NCBI GenBank assembly: GCA_029762535.1
Contig: JARVGK010000004.1
Span: forward strand, 1-64,000
DNA length: 64,000 nt
From: Thermoplasmatota archaeon
GTDB taxonomy: Archaea > Thermoplasmatota > Penumbrarchaeia > Penumbrarchaeales > Penumbrarchaeaceae
Direction: 5' to 3'
The notes under the pieces were generated by a model. That model worked only from the letters and a program-made list of their open reading frames with translations. It was not told the DNA's origin and did not search any database. The translations under genes and the position numbers were made by a program. Shown here one piece after another: positions 18,736 through 29,293 of this stretch. How positions within the stretch are numbered: position 1 is the stretch's first letter; each line of letters opens with the position of its first letter.

Positions 18736-19836
18736 TTATACTATATCCAGAAAGACTCTTTCCAATCTTCGAGATATTTTTTGGATATCATATAGGTCAT
18801 ATGATATCTCTTTTGCCCTGTCTCCCATGATCTTGATCTTCTCAGGATGTTCAATAAGGTGCCTTATCTTCTTTTCCAACAAATCTATCGTTGGGGCCAT
18901 CATGCCTAGACCATGTTCTGATATCATATCATCTGGATCGGCATTCATGGATATTACGGGAGTACCCCTCATCCATGCTTGGACGAATGTGTTTGAGAAT
19001 CCTTCGGATTCACTCGTGCTTACAAGTATCCATGATCGAGCTATGTGGTCATTGGTCGTATCAAAATCCCTCTCTCCAAGATATTTCAGATTTTTAATGA
19101 GGTCGATTTCCGTTTTCATATTTTGATAATACCTTTGATCGTGTGGTCTTCCTATCATGATGAAACGAGCACCTGTATCGGACATCCTCTTTGCCAATTC
19201 AATAAATATTTCTGGCCTTTTCAACGGTTTGATATTTGCTACCCATATGATCGTGGGTTTTTTTTCTTTTTTTGGAATGCTCTCGGGGATCTCATGACCA
19301 ATGGGAATAATTATCGATTCGATGTCATAATTATCCTTGAAAAGCTTTTTTTGATGTTCTGTCTGGCATATTATCTTTGAAGAGTAGGAATAATATCTAG
19401 ATATTAATTTCCTGTTAATTATCTGAAATGGGAGTGATGGAGTTATGTAAAGCTTTGGTTTTCTGCAGTGCCTTTCCATTGAAAGAGCACTTACAACCGG
19501 TATTCTCCTTTCCTTTCCATATGTACTTATGATATCAATGAAATGATAATCTCCTCTCTGATATATTATATCAGGATTTATTTTATCCAATAATTCATAT
19601 ATTTTTTTTTTGGAGAGGTAATGTAATGTATTAATTCTTTTAAAAGGTCTTTTTATTCTATATATTTTTAAACCTCTATCGTCAATATCTGGAAACAATT
19701 TGAATGAATCTCCTTGACATAAATAAACCATTTCATGTCCAAAAGATAATAAATGTTTGATTAATAATGATGATTGAATTTCAGCTCCGCCGATCTTATC
19801 TTTGTAATATTCTCCCAGACAAAAAAGGATCTTCAT
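18736..19836 (-). CDS. GT4 glycosyltransferase
   Basis: IGGAEIQ, WVANIKPLKRP, SESEGFSNTFVQAWMRGTPVIS. Confidence 0.9.
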   Translation of the reverse strand: MKILFCLGEYYKDKIGGAEIQSSLLIKHLLSFGHEMVYLCQGDSFKLFPDIDDRGLKIYRIKRPFKRINTLHYLSKKKIYELLDKINPDIIYQRGDYHFIDIISTYGKERRIPVVSALSMERHCRKPKLYITPSLPFQIINRKLISRYYSYSSKIICQTEHQKKLFKDNYDIESIIIPIGHEIPESIPKKEKKPTIIWVANIKPLKRPEIFIELAKRMSDTGARFIMIGRPHDQRYYQNMKTEIDLIKNLKYLGERDFDTTNDHIARSWILVSTSESEGFSNTFVQAWMRGTPVISMNADPDDMISEHGLGMMAPTIDLLEKKIRHLIEHPEKIKIMGDRAKEISYDLYDIQKISRRLERVFLDIV

Positions 19837-19851
19837 ATTATAACTTCCAAA

Positions 19852-21018
19852 TTATATTAATAAGTTCATCAGAGATAATACATCTTCGTATAGTATATTT
19901 TTTGAATATGAACTTCTAATATTTCTAATATTATTATACTTTTCTTTATAATCATTGACATTCATATTCCTTAATAATCGGGATATTTCATCTTTGTGAA
20001 AATTAACGACCCAACCGATATTTTCTTTCTTAACGAATGATGCGGTATCATAATCACCAAAGACGATGATAGGTCTCATTCCTCCAATGGAATCAAAGAA
20101 TTTATTCGGGATCGATTGTCCGATCATTGGTATTACAGTTATGTCGCTGGAATTCATATAGTCCACAACTTTTGATTTATCGACGAAACCAGTTAATTCT
20201 ATATTATTATATTCATTTTTCTTGATATATTCTTTCACCATATTTATATTATCTCCTCCGCCCACCATGGTGAATCTTACAATTTTATTCTCTCCGATGG
20301 CATCGATTAATGGATAAAAATTGAAATTCAAAGAGAAATTTCCTATGAATAATAATTTCCACTTACCCGGTATAATATTTGGTTCTTTGATATCATTCCA
20401 TCTATCGTTATCATAACCTAAAGGAACGAATATTGAATTTATCGGTTTTGAATATCTTTTTATCCAATCAATAAAGCTCGGTGAAACATATAAAAAATGT
20501 TTTATATTCCACATCGATAAAAATAAAAATACTGAACAATAAAAATTAAATAATATACTGATGAAATTATTTTGGGGAAAAGCATCAGGCCAAATGTCTC
20601 TCACATCTAGGATTATTTTAAATCTTTTAATAAGGGAGATCCAGCTCGTTACGAAGATAAGTTCCATGGGTCTTGAAGGTATGATTACAAGATCGGCTTT
20701 ATTTTTTAAAAGGAACAACCCCGTTTTAATAGCGAATTCAATATGACTTAGGATCCTTTTGGGAGAGAGGATCTTTTTATACCCAACATTTTTCTGGACC
20801 TTTAATTTGTAAGGAACGCTGGATACGGCTCTTTTGATATCCTCTTTCGAGAAGAAGGTCTTATCGGCATGGTAGAAATTTGTTGTGATATATGTCACAT
20901 CATATCCCTTTTTTACAAGCATATCCGCTATCAGTGGATGCCTGTTTCCACGCTTGGTCATCACATTTTCAAACGGGGTTAAGATAAAGATCCTTTTTTT
21001 TCTATTTATGAAGATCAC
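19852..21018 (-). CDS. GT4-like glycosyltransferase (WbuB-like)
   Basis: ILDVRDIWPD, MVGGGD, IPNKFFDSIGGMRPII; GT-B organisation. Confidence 0.75.
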   Translation of the reverse strand: MIFINRKKRIFILTPFENVMTKRGNRHPLIADMLVKKGYDVTYITTNFYHADKTFFSKEDIKRAVSSVPYKLKVQKNVGYKKILSPKRILSHIEFAIKTGLFLLKNKADLVIIPSRPMELIFVTSWISLIKRFKIILDVRDIWPDAFPQNNFISILFNFYCSVFLFLSMWNIKHFLYVSPSFIDWIKRYSKPINSIFVPLGYDNDRWNDIKEPNIIPGKWKLLFIGNFSLNFNFYPLIDAIGENKIVRFTMVGGGDNINMVKEYIKKNEYNNIELTGFVDKSKVVDYMNSSDITVIPMIGQSIPNKFFDSIGGMRPIIVFGDYDTASFVKKENIGWVVNFHKDEISRLLRNMNVNDYKEKYNNIRNIRSSYSKNILYEDVLSLMNLLI

Positions 21019-22117
21019 CCTTTAATAAATTCTGGTAGGTTCCATATATCTGTGCGATGATTATTCTTGATTCATATCTTTTGAAAGCTTCTTCTTTTAT
21101 GCTTTTTGACATCTCATAGAACATATCATAATTCTTGAATACGTATTCGATCTTATTCATCAGATCATCGGGATCCTTCTGTTTAACTATGAAACCGTTT
21201 TCCCCGTTCCTTATGACCTCCTTCAAAGCGGCAACATCCGTGGATATGATCAAACAGCCTCCTGCCATGGCCTCCATCACAACAGTTGGGCATCCTTCCG
21301 GATAATAAGATGGATAGAGAAAAATATCGCTATCATTGAATTTTTCTACCTTCTTTTGATCGGGATAGTAACCTAGGTAATTCACCTTTTCTTCAATACC
21401 ATATAACTTGATTTTTTCCTCAAACCTTACTCTGATTTCATCATTAACGAACCAGCCGATGAAATCCATTCTGAAATCATACCCTTTCAGATGAAGTCCA
21501 TGAAGGGCCTCAAGGATCACCAATATCCCCTTCTCCTCCTGCATCCTGCCGACATATAAGAGATTTGGAGTCTTGCTCTTTTTCCTTTTATAACCTGAGA
21601 AGAGATCTCCATCAAAGAAGGTCTTGCTAACCTCGATCTTGGAGAGACCCAAATTCTGAAGCGAATCCTTGAAATCCTCAGCGAGAACGTATAAGGAATC
21701 AGCCTTTGAATATATACAATGAAAAATTATTCTTCTTATTGTGGATTCTTTCAGTTTCTTGTAATATCCTTTATCCCAACCATGGAAGAAGACCAATACT
21801 TTTTTTCTCATGGCTTTTGAGATCAAGATATATATGGAATCCCTCACTATAGGAACTGTGAAGAAAGATGGATTCAGATGCACAATTCTCGAACTTCTAT
21901 CGGTAATTATTTTTCTGATGAATCTAACTAAATCTTTTGGGTATGATAATACATAAGGTATAATTTGCTTAGTGCTCTGTTCTTTTGATATGCCCTGCTT
22001 GAAGTGTTCAATAGCTATATCATCATGAGAATAGTTCTTGAAGAAGATCCTAAAAAAATTGGTAACTCCACCTGGCACTTTCAAGTCCCTGGTCATAATA
22101 AGTGCCTTCGGTTTCAA
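21002..22117 (-). CDS. GT4 glycosyltransferase
   Basis: PGGV, LYVGRMQEEKG, PEGCPTVVMEAMAGG, NGENGFIV. Confidence 0.9.
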   Translation of the reverse strand: MKPKALIMTRDLKVPGGVTNFFRIFFKNYSHDDIAIEHFKQGISKEQSTKQIIPYVLSYPKDLVRFIRKIITDRSSRIVHLNPSFFTVPIVRDSIYILISKAMRKKVLVFFHGWDKGYYKKLKESTIRRIIFHCIYSKADSLYVLAEDFKDSLQNLGLSKIEVSKTFFDGDLFSGYKRKKSKTPNLLYVGRMQEEKGILVILEALHGLHLKGYDFRMDFIGWFVNDEIRVRFEEKIKLYGIEEKVNYLGYYPDQKKVEKFNDSDIFLYPSYYPEGCPTVVMEAMAGGCLIISTDVAALKEVIRNGENGFIVKQKDPDDLMNKIEYVFKNYDMFYEMSKSIKEEAFKRYESRIIIAQIYGTYQNLLKGDLHK

Positions 22118-23286
22118 CGATGATCACCATTACCTAAACATTTTACCAATGCCAGTAAGATCCAGCTGTCTCCCCATCTGGTGTAATCATTGTTGTTTTT
22201 GATAATAGGCCATACTTGATGTCTGGTTCTACCATCTGAGCGTATCATTCTTTTCAGGGTCCAGGATAATACTTTCTCGAACTTATCTCTAACGAACGGG
22301 AACATGGATGAATTGTCCTTTAATGTTATCATTGCCTGGGCCTGATTGTGGATATCTATCGGCCACTTCCTGGGATATCGATAGTATGTTCTGCCCCGAT
22401 CATCGATGGTCTTTATATAGAATCTCAGCCCCTTCTCGATCCTTGGGAGGATCCGTTCATCCTTGTCGATCTCCCAGATGGATCTCAGGCCATCGAGGAT
22501 GAAGCCCTGGTGAAAGTCGAACTGCTTCCTGAACTTGCCTGTAGAGGGATCTATACTGTAATACCACGATCCATCGGCGTTCTGCTTGGATAATGTGAAG
22601 TTCAGAGCCTTTTCTGCAATCTCAAGGATATCATCCTTCTTTAGAACTGTTCCAGCTCTGAAGAGATAACTGGACCCGAGTATGTTGGCGTTATGAACGA
22701 CGTTATTATCGTGAGGTGAATAACTGAAGCATATACCCTCATCGTCTTTGTGGATGTTGAGGTCGTTCATGATGAAATCGGCTATTCCACTTATCGTTCT
22801 CTTCAACTCTGGATTGGCATCGAAATTATAGAGGTCGATCAGAGAATGGCCGATAAAGCTTGTCACAACTATTGAAGGCTCATATCTGGGTATGAACTTG
22901 TGAAGGTCCTGCCATGGAAAATGATAACCCCAACAAGGTCCGGAATAATCCATGTTCTGATTCTCAATGATCCATGAATGTATAAATTCGATCTCTTTTT
23001 CGAGATCTGGAATGATGTCATGATCTTTACCTTTCTTGAGGATCAAAAGGGCTCTGAGCAATAGACCCATAGTCTTCGGGTTCACATCCTTTTTTATCCT
23101 CAGTATTGACCTGAAGTTTATTGGTGAATAGACGAGCAACTGGGTGGATGCGATCCTTATCCATCTGTTCTCGAACGAGGTTATAATGGGACTGTTCAGG
23201 CAGTCATAGGGGTCGTATCCTTTGTAATCGTTTCTTTTGATGTTTTGATAGATCGATCCGATGATCCTCTTTGTATCGTTTTCCAT
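22114..23286 (-). CDS. Uncharacterised (alpha/alpha)6-barrel-like protein of polysaccharide loci
   Basis: GYDPYD.LNSP, NPKTMGL, CWGYHFPWQ, CFSYSP...VHNANILG, QNADGSWYY, DFHQGF, WPIDIH, YTRWGDSW; start moved to ATG 23286. Confidence 0.65.
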   Translation of the reverse strand: MENDTKRIIGSIYQNIKRNDYKGYDPYDCLNSPIITSFENRWIRIASTQLLVYSPINFRSILRIKKDVNPKTMGLLLRALLILKKGKDHDIIPDLEKEIEFIHSWIIENQNMDYSGPCWGYHFPWQDLHKFIPRYEPSIVVTSFIGHSLIDLYNFDANPELKRTISGIADFIMNDLNIHKDDEGICFSYSPHDNNVVHNANILGSSYLFRAGTVLKKDDILEIAEKALNFTLSKQNADGSWYYSIDPSTGKFRKQFDFHQGFILDGLRSIWEIDKDERILPRIEKGLRFYIKTIDDRGRTYYRYPRKWPIDIHNQAQAMITLKDNSSMFPFVRDKFEKVLSWTLKRMIRSDGRTRHQVWPIIKNNNDYTRWGDSWILLALVKCLGNGDHR

Positions 23287-23299
23287 GATAACTACCCAT

Positions 23300-24325
23300 T
23301 CAATCCTCAAGTGCGGATCCCAGCTTTTCAAAGAACTCTATCTGGACCTTCTTGGGATCGTGTCCATGTGTGTCGTTAATGTGCTTTTTTTCAAGTATAT
23401 GATCGATGATCTCATCAACATCCCTTGAATGGACCATCATTCCTTTTTCTATCAGGTCTTGATCTACAGTTAATAATTCTTTGCCAGGAAAGAAGGAAAC
23501 GGCCTTCCTCCCGATTATGGCTCCCTCCCTGGCCATCGTCCCTGATCCAGTTAGGACCCCCATTGAGTAATATATCAGGTCCAGACCATTCAACGGCTTT
23601 GGAGGTATATGGACGTTTTTCCTGCCGCTGATGTTCCAATCGCTCCTGTCCCTGGGCAGGAATACGATGTTTATTCCTTCTTTTTCGAACCGATCCAAGA
23701 GGATTTCGGTTATGCTCTTTTCTTCTTTCACATAGAATGATGCCAATGCCTCAGGCCTTATGACGATATAGTCTTTGAACGGTAGCTTGCTGAGTATATC
23801 TTTATTCGGTATATGACCGGATATGTAAATGTCCTCTTTGTAACCGTCATAGGTCAGGATCCTCGATCGGGAGAAATGCTTCTTGAACCGATGTTTAGTA
23901 CATTTGGGAACTATCAGGATATCGGTTTTCGTCTTCAACCATGATTCTATCTTCTGTATTCTGCCAGAGCCTTTGTTGTATTTGACATCATTATCAAGCA
24001 TTAGAATCGTTTTCTTTCTCCGCATCCATCCAACGGCAACGCTCATGGGATTCTCGAATGATAATGCGGTATCGAACCTCTTCAGATGAAGAGAAAGTTG
24101 TAACGTCCTTATTGCAATGGATGATGTTTTCAAGAAAGCGTTCTCGTAATCCTTGCCTATCGCATCGCCTTTTATTCCAAGATCATTTGCGATGGATAGT
24201 GTCTCGCCCCTGTCTCTCATTGTAACGTTAAGCCGGGCATTTTTGGAGATCCTGTCTATGACCGGTTTGAAGAACAGGGGATGCGAAGGGTTGAGAAGAT
24301 CTATCCAAACGGTTCCATTCATCAT
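23300..24325 (-). CDS. DUF354-family GT-B-fold protein
   Basis: VWIDLLNPSHPLFFKP, YDGYKE, IRPEALASFY, GSGTMAREGAIIG. Confidence 0.85.
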   Translation of the reverse strand: MMNGTVWIDLLNPSHPLFFKPVIDRISKNARLNVTMRDRGETLSIANDLGIKGDAIGKDYENAFLKTSSIAIRTLQLSLHLKRFDTALSFENPMSVAVGWMRRKKTILMLDNDVKYNKGSGRIQKIESWLKTKTDILIVPKCTKHRFKKHFSRSRILTYDGYKEDIYISGHIPNKDILSKLPFKDYIVIRPEALASFYVKEEKSITEILLDRFEKEGINIVFLPRDRSDWNISGRKNVHIPPKPLNGLDLIYYSMGVLTGSGTMAREGAIIGRKAVSFFPGKELLTVDQDLIEKGMMVHSRDVDEIIDHILEKKHINDTHGHDPKKVQIEFFEKLGSALED

Positions 24326-24326
24326 C

Positions 24327-25883
24327 TCATTCCTTCATATACATATCTTTATTATTCTTTATCGATTCCCGATCTATCTTCCCATTTGCTGTAAGCGGCA
24401 TATGATCGATAAAATAGACTCTCTTGGGTATCATGTATTTCTCGAGCCTTTCGGAACAGAATCTGAGAATGTCATCCTCTTTGACCTCTTTTAAACTCTG
24501 TGCAAAGCATATGAACCTGTTACCGAGAATATAATCGGCAATGGGAATGACCACACAGCTTGAGATCCCATCCATTGATGTAATTACGGCTTCAACTTCC
24601 TGTGGGGTCGCTTTCTCACCCCCTATCTTTATTACCTGATCCTTCCTTCCAACAAAGTAGAGATCCCCTTCTTCATCGAACCTGAAGAGATCACCTGTTA
24701 ACAATATCCTTTCACCAGTGATATCGTCTTTGATGATAGTTCTCTCTGTCTCTATGGTATCGTTCCAGTAACCGATCATGATATGCGGTCCTTTCACAGC
24801 TAGTTCGCCGATCTTTCCTGGTTCATGAATAGGTTTTCTGTCATCGTCTAGTAGAATGACATCGGTGTTCGGGATTGCTTTACCGACCGATGTCGGCTTT
24901 TCCATTATCTTACTTGGATCGAGGAACGATACCCTCTTGCATTCGGTCAATCCATACATAGAATAGATAGAAACGCCAGGAAACATCTGGATTAGCTTTT
25001 CGATGGTCTTTGGAGACAATGCTTGTGCGGTGTTCGTTATGTATCGTAGAGAGGATAGATCGTAATTTGTTATGTCTCCAAGTCTTAGTAAAATCTCTGC
25101 CATCGATGGAACGATCGGGAATCCGGTCACTCTCTCTTTCTGGATCCTCTCGAGTAGTTGATTGAAGAAAGTGAAGGACTTTTCAAGGATTAGCGTTCCA
25201 CCACTTTTAATGGACATTATCGCCTGATACAGACCATAATCGAAGGATAAAGGTATGGCGTTTAGTATAACATCATTCTCATCGTTGTTGAGATATTCGA
25301 TTATCGAGTTCGATGCGGCGTCGATATTTGCATGGCTCAGAGTCACTCCTTTTGGTTCTCCGGTGGACCCGGATGTGAACATGATCAGTGCGACATCTCT
25401 TTCATTCGGGGACTTCATCTCGCGTAGGTTATCCGGACTTTTACATAGATCAGCGAATATATGATATTCGTTCGTTATCTCTTTATCTATTAAGCCATCT
25501 CCAAGACCAATTATGATCTGCCTATCGGATCCCTTCACGCTATCATTTACCATATCTCGGTTCAGATCATCCGCCATTATACATTTTGGATCGCATTTGT
25601 CGATAATTGTTTTGAGTTTTTCCTGCTTTATTTGGGGGTTGACTGGAACGAATATTGCCCCCATCTTCGAGGCTGTAAATAATGATATAACGGTTTCTGG
25701 TTTGTTGCCGGTCATCACAACGACGCGATCTCCGCCTCTTATGCCTATTCTTTCCATATTGGATGATAGATCGTCCGTTATCCTATCCAATTCGTCATAG
25801 GTATATGTCTGATCTCCGAACTTGATCGCGATCTTATCCCTATATCGATGAGCGGATTTCGTGAGGTATTCGCTGAGTATCAT
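24327..25883 (-). CDS. Class I adenylate-forming enzyme (stand-alone A domain / acyl-carrier ligase)
   Basis: A3 FTSGSTGEPKG, A4 PLSFDYG, A5 SMYGLTE, A7 TGDL, A8 GRKDQVIKIGG, A10 PLTANGKIDR; start moved to ATG 25883 (GGTG SD). Confidence 0.9.
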   Translation of the reverse strand: MILSEYLTKSAHRYRDKIAIKFGDQTYTYDELDRITDDLSSNMERIGIRGGDRVVVMTGNKPETVISLFTASKMGAIFVPVNPQIKQEKLKTIIDKCDPKCIMADDLNRDMVNDSVKGSDRQIIIGLGDGLIDKEITNEYHIFADLCKSPDNLREMKSPNERDVALIMFTSGSTGEPKGVTLSHANIDAASNSIIEYLNNDENDVILNAIPLSFDYGLYQAIMSIKSGGTLILEKSFTFFNQLLERIQKERVTGFPIVPSMAEILLRLGDITNYDLSSLRYITNTAQALSPKTIEKLIQMFPGVSIYSMYGLTECKRVSFLDPSKIMEKPTSVGKAIPNTDVILLDDDRKPIHEPGKIGELAVKGPHIMIGYWNDTIETERTIIKDDITGERILLTGDLFRFDEEGDLYFVGRKDQVIKIGGEKATPQEVEAVITSMDGISSCVVIPIADYILGNRFICFAQSLKEVKEDDILRFCSERLEKYMIPKRVYFIDHMPLTANGKIDRESIKNNKDMYMKE

Positions 25884-25896
25884 GGAATACACCGTA

Positions 25897-26256
25897 TCAG
25901 CATATGGAAACTGCAACGGCAACGGCCATATCTTTGATATGTGAAATGGAAGCCTCGATCCTCTGTATTTTCATTTCGGATGCGATCCTGGCCACATCTC
26001 CTGAGAGAGTGACTTCGATCCTATCCCCTTCGGTCTTGACCGTACCGATCTCCCTCCAGTCCGGAGACCTTTCTTCGGATATCCCCAAGGACTTGTAAAC
26101 CGCTTCCTTCAAGGCGAATCTGGCAGCAAAATGCAAAATATCGTCGTTCTTTGATGAGCAATAACTAATCTCTCCTTCTGTGAATATCCTGGAGAGATCT
26201 CTTATTTTACCGAATGATTCCACATCAACGAGATCGATCCCTATGCCCTTTATCAT
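25897..26256 (-). CDS. acpS: Holo-[acyl-carrier-protein] synthase (AcpS-type phosphopantetheinyl transferase)
   Basis: 119 aa; GIGIDLV, IFTEGE..Y, FAARFALKEAVYKSLG, SISH. Confidence 0.92.
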   Translation of the reverse strand: MIKGIGIDLVDVESFGKIRDLSRIFTEGEISYCSSKNDDILHFAARFALKEAVYKSLGISEERSPDWREIGTVKTEGDRIEVTLSGDVARIASEMKIQRIEASISHIKDMAVAVAVSIC

Positions 26257-28067
26257 AATTTATGCACCTTCGATCCCCTGATCAGTATCCTTCCATCGCC
26301 CTGATCGTATATGGTGTTGTTGATATCATCGAAGATATTCTCCTGGATCCCCCAGTAATGCATATTTCCTTTGATCTTATCATTATCTATTATCAGGTCG
26401 GTCCTTAATGTGTAATTTTCATCTCTTAAGGATCCGGGCGCTTCCCTGTACATTCTCATTTTCTCGGGTACTTGCAGGCTTGATGAGGCGACCGGATAGA
26501 AAGATCTGAATGATACGAAAACGGTTTGATTCCCAAGGGAGAAATCCTCGATGAACTCCCCGGGAATTATCGATCCGTTATCCTCGATATAACCGAAACC
26601 GCTGATTGTCGTATTTACTGAATAATTGAGGTTGAAAAGAATGGGTCCTGTTATCATCATCGCGATTATGATTATCATGAACCGGCTGTTTTTGAACATT
26701 CTTCCGATATATTGTGGAGTGTTCACGAACATTACCTGAACCGCTCTCTGGCCAAGGATCGCATAGTTGAAGAATCCTCCTGCCATGAAAGCAAGTGAAC
26801 CTCCGAAGAGGTAGATGTCGAAGAAGTTAATATGTTTCTTGGAGACTTTGATAAGACTGATGGTGATGAGGGCGACAAATAAGAATAAAATAATTATATT
26901 GACATATCTCAGTAACAGGTGGATCTCCCCCGGAACTAGGTCATATAATGGATAGTTCTCAAAGCTTGCCAGCCCAACTTTTGTTTTACTCCCAAGGAAA
27001 TATGATACTATGAACCACGTCTCACCTCTCTCATCGCGTGTATATAGAAGATCCTCTATGAATTCGAATCTGAAGAACCTTGTTTTGTAGCCATAAATGT
27101 AAATGGCGATCAAAAGTATCAATGAAATATCTTTCTTTCCACTTATCCCGATAAATGATTCGATTTTATTCCGGGTAAAATATTGGATCGAGATGAAATG
27201 TTGTTTCACATCCTTGGCAATGTTGAATAATCGAAATAAAACATGTCCTATTGAATCACTTGTCCTTAAGAATTCCTTGATCTTTTCCAATTTATCTGAA
27301 GTTGATATTTCGGTTGTCTTTTTGATGATCACGGCCATGAGGAAGAAGAAGAACATGAAAGGATGTGAGTAAACGCAAAGAATGAAGAATACTATTGTTA
27401 AATAGTAGTATATTACATTCTTTGTTTCCTGGAGTCTTACATAGGACCCTATGGTAAGTAACATGAATATCAATCCCACGAATTGCGGGATGAATTGAGA
27501 ATTGATAAAGAAAAAGGTCAGAATGATGTAAGCAGCCGGATAGATGATGAAACTCGCCGGATATCTCCTTGAGAACTTGACCATTGTCAATGGCAGTACC
27601 AGTGGGATCGCAAGTAGGTAAACGAAGAATCCTAAATTTGTTGTCCCGTAGTATGATAACCCGAGAACATCCATGATAACCCTACCCGAAGTGAAATATA
27701 TCGGGCATGTGAAATATGTGAAAAGGGCCGGATCTATGTAGATATTGCGTGATAGATGTCGCATGAACATCGATGTAGCGCCGATATCTGTCTGCTGCGG
27801 TACTATGATGAAGAACAGGTTGAAAGCGTAAAAGACAAAAAAGAACAGAACTGAAAGTAGCATCACTGACACTTTTGATCTCACCTTTAAAGCTATGAAA
27901 ACGATCACGCCGGAATATAAAAGGAGCAGGATCCAGAAAGACATTGGTACGCTTTCTATTATAGATCTTCCTCTGTCGATACTTGCGGGAAAAGCGAATA
28001 GGATTATATCGACCAGAATAACAAGGAGGATCATTATGACGAAAAATAGGTATTTGTTGATCTTCAT
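26253..28067 (-). CDS. Polytopic membrane protein (about 12 TM), possible GT-C / Wzy-like polymerase or transferase
   Basis: 604 aa with many hydrophobic helices, QQTD loop after early TMs, FIPQ..GL and YSHP motifs, C-terminal soluble domain; glycan-locus context. Confidence 0.5.
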   Translation of the reverse strand: MKINKYLFFVIMILLVILVDIILFAFPASIDRGRSIIESVPMSFWILLLLYSGVIVFIALKVRSKVSVMLLSVLFFFVFYAFNLFFIIVPQQTDIGATSMFMRHLSRNIYIDPALFTYFTCPIYFTSGRVIMDVLGLSYYGTTNLGFFVYLLAIPLVLPLTMVKFSRRYPASFIIYPAAYIILTFFFINSQFIPQFVGLIFMLLTIGSYVRLQETKNVIYYYLTIVFFILCVYSHPFMFFFFLMAVIIKKTTEISTSDKLEKIKEFLRTSDSIGHVLFRLFNIAKDVKQHFISIQYFTRNKIESFIGISGKKDISLILLIAIYIYGYKTRFFRFEFIEDLLYTRDERGETWFIVSYFLGSKTKVGLASFENYPLYDLVPGEIHLLLRYVNIIILFLFVALITISLIKVSKKHINFFDIYLFGGSLAFMAGGFFNYAILGQRAVQVMFVNTPQYIGRMFKNSRFMIIIIAMMITGPILFNLNYSVNTTISGFGYIEDNGSIIPGEFIEDFSLGNQTVFVSFRSFYPVASSSLQVPEKMRMYREAPGSLRDENYTLRTDLIIDNDKIKGNMHYWGIQENIFDDINNTIYDQGDGRILIRGSKVHKL

Positions 28068-28080
28068 GATAGAACACCAT

Positions 28081-29280
28081 TTATCTTTTTATCGAACTCT
28101 TGTAATGTGCCTTGAGGTCGGATGCCATCTTCTCATAGTTTCTATGATCCAACACCCATTCCCTTCCTTTCATACCCATGTGCCTTGAATTATCGATATC
28201 GTTCATAAACTTTGTGATTGCATTGATGATCTCCGGTAAGGAATATGGAGGGGCGATGCCTCCTCCGCTTTGTTCTATCACTTTTTGTTGGTCTCCGATC
28301 TCTTTGTTGGCCACGACCGGTACTCCTCTTGATAGGTATTCCACGACCTTGGTGGGTGATGATACGCGATATGCCAGTATCGGTGGTAGTATCGAAAGGC
28401 CCAGATCGCTATTATCTATTAATGTTGTGACCTCTTCAAATGGAACTTCATCGATCAGCTTCACTTGGTTCTTTAGTCCAAGCTCTTTAATTCTTCGTAT
28501 CAACTTCTCACTGTAACTCTTTCTGAATACCTTACCTACGATCATTAGTTCTACTGGTACATCACTTTTCTTTATAAGACCATTTATAATTTCCAGAAGG
28601 AAGTCTATCCTTCTTACAGGGGTTATCTGACCCAGGTAAATCATTCTGAATCTTTTATCATGATCGTATTTATACAGGATCCTTTTTTCCATCATGGACC
28701 TTGCCGGGCATAATGGTAAAGGATATATCTTATCTGTTGGAACGCCCCTCTTTGTATAATATTTGCCCATTTCTTCCGATATTGGGTGGAATATATCCGC
28801 TCTTTTGATCAACCATGCTAATATCGGTTTTTTTAAATATGCCTTTGCCGTCTTGAATAATGTCAAGATGGATGGCATTGATTTTAACTCGTTCAACTCC
28901 ATGTCAAAGAACAATGACGATAGATAATATGCGAATTTTTTACCATGTGCTTTCGCAAGAAAGAAACCGATTATCCCTTCCAAAATACCGTCATTGCATA
29001 ATACGATGTCTATATTGGGTTCACTCTGTAAAATCTTTGAAGCAGTTTTGTATTTTTTATATACGGCCAACCTTGATATTACATCGCCGATATTCCCTTT
29101 GAGGGGGGTTGGCTTAATAAGATGGATCTCATTGTTTTTCAATGTAATTGTTTTATTCGCATCACCGTATGCTATCCAGTGTACCTTATCATCACCGGAG
29201 GCGAAATATCCCATGAACAGCTGATTGAGTCTGACTCTTCTGAATGGATATTTCTCCTTCGGCAGTAATAAAATATCCAT
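28081..29280 (-). CDS. GT4 glycosyltransferase
   Basis: IYLGQITPVRRIDFLL, SSPTKVVEYLSRGVPVVA. Confidence 0.85.
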   Translation of the reverse strand: MDILLLPKEKYPFRRVRLNQLFMGYFASGDDKVHWIAYGDANKTITLKNNEIHLIKPTPLKGNIGDVISRLAVYKKYKTASKILQSEPNIDIVLCNDGILEGIIGFFLAKAHGKKFAYYLSSLFFDMELNELKSMPSILTLFKTAKAYLKKPILAWLIKRADIFHPISEEMGKYYTKRGVPTDKIYPLPLCPARSMMEKRILYKYDHDKRFRMIYLGQITPVRRIDFLLEIINGLIKKSDVPVELMIVGKVFRKSYSEKLIRRIKELGLKNQVKLIDEVPFEEVTTLIDNSDLGLSILPPILAYRVSSPTKVVEYLSRGVPVVANKEIGDQQKVIEQSGGGIAPPYSLPEIINAITKFMNDIDNSRHMGMKGREWVLDHRNYEKMASDLKAHYKSSIKR

Positions 29281-29293
29281 TCGATATTCCTCA

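Noticed and set aside
19602-19611. A/T homopolymer tracts in GT and amidotransferase genes as phase-variation switches (also near 38548)
   Set aside because: Frames are intact and the runs encode Lys stretches expected in AT-rich genes
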